From Candidatus Kapaibacterium sp. (GTDB lineage Bacteria > Bacteroidota > Ignavibacteria > Kapaibacteriales > UBA2268), in assembly GCA_963665665.1 (NCBI GenBank), contig OY762428.1, positions 2,144,001 to 2,208,000 of the forward strand: a DNA stretch of 64,000 bases, in the 5' to 3' direction. The position numbers and the translations under genes were made by a program. Position 1 is the stretch's first letter, and each line of letters starts with the position of its first letter. Under the pieces are notes generated by a model that saw only the letters and a list, made by a program, of their open reading frames with translations, was not told the DNA's origin and searched no databases. Below are positions 62,018 to 64,000 of the stretch, piece by piece.

Positions 62018-62596
62018 ATCAGCCAAATTGCCATAAATAAAAAATATTCTGGAATTACCTATCCCGGGCAGGGCCTGGGATAGAGTTAATATTATTATGT
62101 CGCAGGGGGTATCACTCTGTTCTAAAAAGCAGCAATTCTGAGAGCAGCGAAGAACCAATTCTTCAATAATTCTTTAAGAAGAAGATCGATTCTTCAGTCG
62201 CAGGCTTCGGAAGCCTGCCCCTGCCTGCACCAGCTTGTCCCGATTAATCGGGAATTTATCGGTGACCCGTCGGGGAATGATATTTCTATGTTTTTTCTTA
62301 AAAATTTTAAACCATCTGAGTGAATACTATTTTGATTATCGTTTCAACTGTTTCTGCCACCACTACCAATCATGATTATGTCCGCATCTATTCTTCCATA
62401 AACCAATTAAAACGTGGATTTTTCGATCCGGGGCAATGAGTTCCCGAGTATAGACGTATTGCATATTTCATCCATCCTGCAATAAAAAATACTCTTAAAG
62501 ATTAAATATTTTTTATTTTCTCTGAAAATTGAGCTAAATTTAAAACTTTGATAGAATTAAATATATAAATAGTTTTTATTACGGAGTTTATAATAC

Positions 62597-63868
62597 ATGA
62601 AAATATCTGTTCTCGGACTTGGCTACGTAGGGTTGCCGCTGGCATGCGCCATTGCTGCATCAGATAAATATGAAGTTAAGGGATTCGACCTGAGCAAGGC
62701 AAAAATTGATATGATCAGGGAAGGCAAATGCCCGATTGATGATGTCCGCTGCGAAGAAGATATGAAAAATGTGAAATTTGAAGTTTCGAACGATGATAAT
62801 GTTATCGATGGTTCGGATTTTTATATAGTTTGCGTGCCTACCCCGGTGCTGAACGATTACACGCCTGATCTTACTCCCGTTCGCTCGGCTGTAAAGATCA
62901 TTGCAAAATATCTTGCAAAGGGCCAGATTGTAATTATCGAATCTACTATCAACCCCGGTGTTTGTGATGAAATAGTTGTTCCTATTCTTGAAAAAGAAAC
63001 AGGCATGAAAGCCGGCGAGGATTTCGACGTGGCTCACTGCCCGGAACGAATAAACCCCGGCGACCCGAAATGGAATGTTTATAATATACCCCGTAATATC
63101 GGCTCTACAAGGCCCGAAGCTACCAAAAAGGCAGCAGAACTTTACAGGGACGTTCTTGAAGGTGAAATCAACGAGATGAAAGACCTTAAAACAACCGAAG
63201 CTACGAAGATTATCGAAAATACTTTCCGCGATATCAATATTGCTTTCGTGAACGAGCTTGCAAGGTCATTCGATGTACTGGATATAGACCTCGTGGAGGT
63301 TATACGCGGAGCATCAAATAAACCTTTTGCGTTTATGCCTCACTTCCCGAGCTGCGGAGTTGGCGGGCATTGCATACCGGTTGATCCATACTACCTGATT
63401 GAAAGAGCCAAGCAGAGCGGTTTCGACCATAAATTCCTGAAACTGGCAAGAGAAATCAATAACTCAATGCCGGACTATACAATAAAGCTGCTGTCAAAAG
63501 CGCTGAACGATCATGAAAAACCTATCAAAGGCACGAAAATCGGCCTTCTCGGGCTTTCATACAAAGCAGACGTTGGCGATTTAAGGGAAAGCCCCTCTCT
63601 GAAAATAATAGAGCTGCTGAAAGAAAACGGCGCCGACCTGGAAATTTATGATCCTTATGTTACAGATATGAATACATGCGCCAGCCTTGAGCAGATTCTT
63701 GAAAAATCTTACGCTATTGTTCTTGCAACTGACCATCGGATTTTCAGGGCTATTGACGCTGAAAAACTAAAACAGGCAGATGTTAAAGTTGTGATCGACG
63801 GTAAAAACTGCCTTAATAAAAAGGAACTCATCAATAATGATATATTTTATAAAGGAATCGGACACTAA
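62597..63868 (+). CDS. UDP-N-acetyl-hexosamine 6-dehydrogenase (WbpA/WecC family)
   Basis: GLGYVGLP, CVPTP, PERINPG, KIIENTFRDINIAFVNE, GVGGHCIPVDP, DLRESP. Confidence 0.92.
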   Translation: MKISVLGLGYVGLPLACAIAASDKYEVKGFDLSKAKIDMIREGKCPIDDVRCEEDMKNVKFEVSNDDNVIDGSDFYIVCVPTPVLNDYTPDLTPVRSAVKIIAKYLAKGQIVIIESTINPGVCDEIVVPILEKETGMKAGEDFDVAHCPERINPGDPKWNVYNIPRNIGSTRPEATKKAAELYRDVLEGEINEMKDLKTTEATKIIENTFRDINIAFVNELARSFDVLDIDLVEVIRGASNKPFAFMPHFPSCGVGGHCIPVDPYYLIERAKQSGFDHKFLKLAREINNSMPDYTIKLLSKALNDHEKPIKGTKIGLLGLSYKADVGDLRESPSLKIIELLKENGADLEIYDPYVTDMNTCASLEQILEKSYAIVLATDHRIFRAIDAEKLKQADVKVVIDGKNCLNKKELINNDIFYKGIGH

Positions 63869-63880
63869 TACGGAGACCAA

Positions 63881-64000
63881 ATGAATTTCATCGATCTTAA
63901 ACGGCAATATTCCGAAATTGAGAATATCGTTAAGGAAAATATCAACAATGTTCTGGAGCACGGCCGCTATATCATGGGCCCGGAAATCACTGAACTTGAA
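63881..64000 (+). CDS. DegT/DnrJ/EryC1/StrS aminotransferase (WbpE-like), 5' part only
   Basis: GGAG RBS; MNFIDLKRQY...VLEHGRYIMGPEITELE running off the window end. Confidence 0.85.
   Translation, partial: MNFIDLKRQYSEIENIVKENINNVLEHGRYIMGPEITELE

Noticed and set aside
61518-62036. Alternative-frame ORF over the RsmI tail
   Set aside because: Explained by low-complexity repeats lacking stops in that frame.
62180-62290. Hairpin fragments upstream of the sugar operon
   Set aside because: Probably decayed REP-like pieces (TCCCGATTAATCGGGA); too fragmentary to define.
58932-62500. tRNA-anchored genomic island
   Set aside because: No integrase and no duplicated tRNA 3' end were found in the window.

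Overview
A 64-kb window of bacterial chromosome. The T9SS-type C-terminal domains, a TAnnTTTG promoter element and the gene content suggest the FCB group (Ignavibacteria/Kapabacteria-like); this placement is inference. Most of the window is housekeeping: iorAB, ybaK, cysC, mltD, znuABC, groESL with a perfect CIRCE, mraY, rpsF-rplI, hutU, lysS, infC-rpmI-rplT, tRNA-Thr, rsmI, and the start of a WbpA/WbpE-like sugar operon. It also carries several two-component proteins, glycosyltransferases and secreted proteins. The most unusual segment is 13.2-16.3 kb. It contains a dense cluster of different REP-like hairpins, one 21-bp repeat family laid out in two opposite orientations and alternating with REP hairpins, and an IS4-family element (19-bp inverted repeats, 11-bp target duplication) inserted into one hairpin, with a likely +1 frameshift extension. 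Other notable items: an apparently catalytically dead transposase-like gene with no obvious IS ends; a Rossmann-PAS kinase paired with a REC-GcvH-like regulator lacking the lipoyl lysine; a WYL regulator with its palindromic operator in front of an unannotated zinc-ribbon gene; RsmI with a long charged pentapeptide-repeat tail; and rpsF-rplI without rpsR. Several disrupted genes (two frameshifts, two in-frame TGA at probable Trp positions, one gapped tandem duplication) may be assembly errors. No CRISPR array, reverse transcriptase or rRNA was seen. All calls are by eye; no searches were run.
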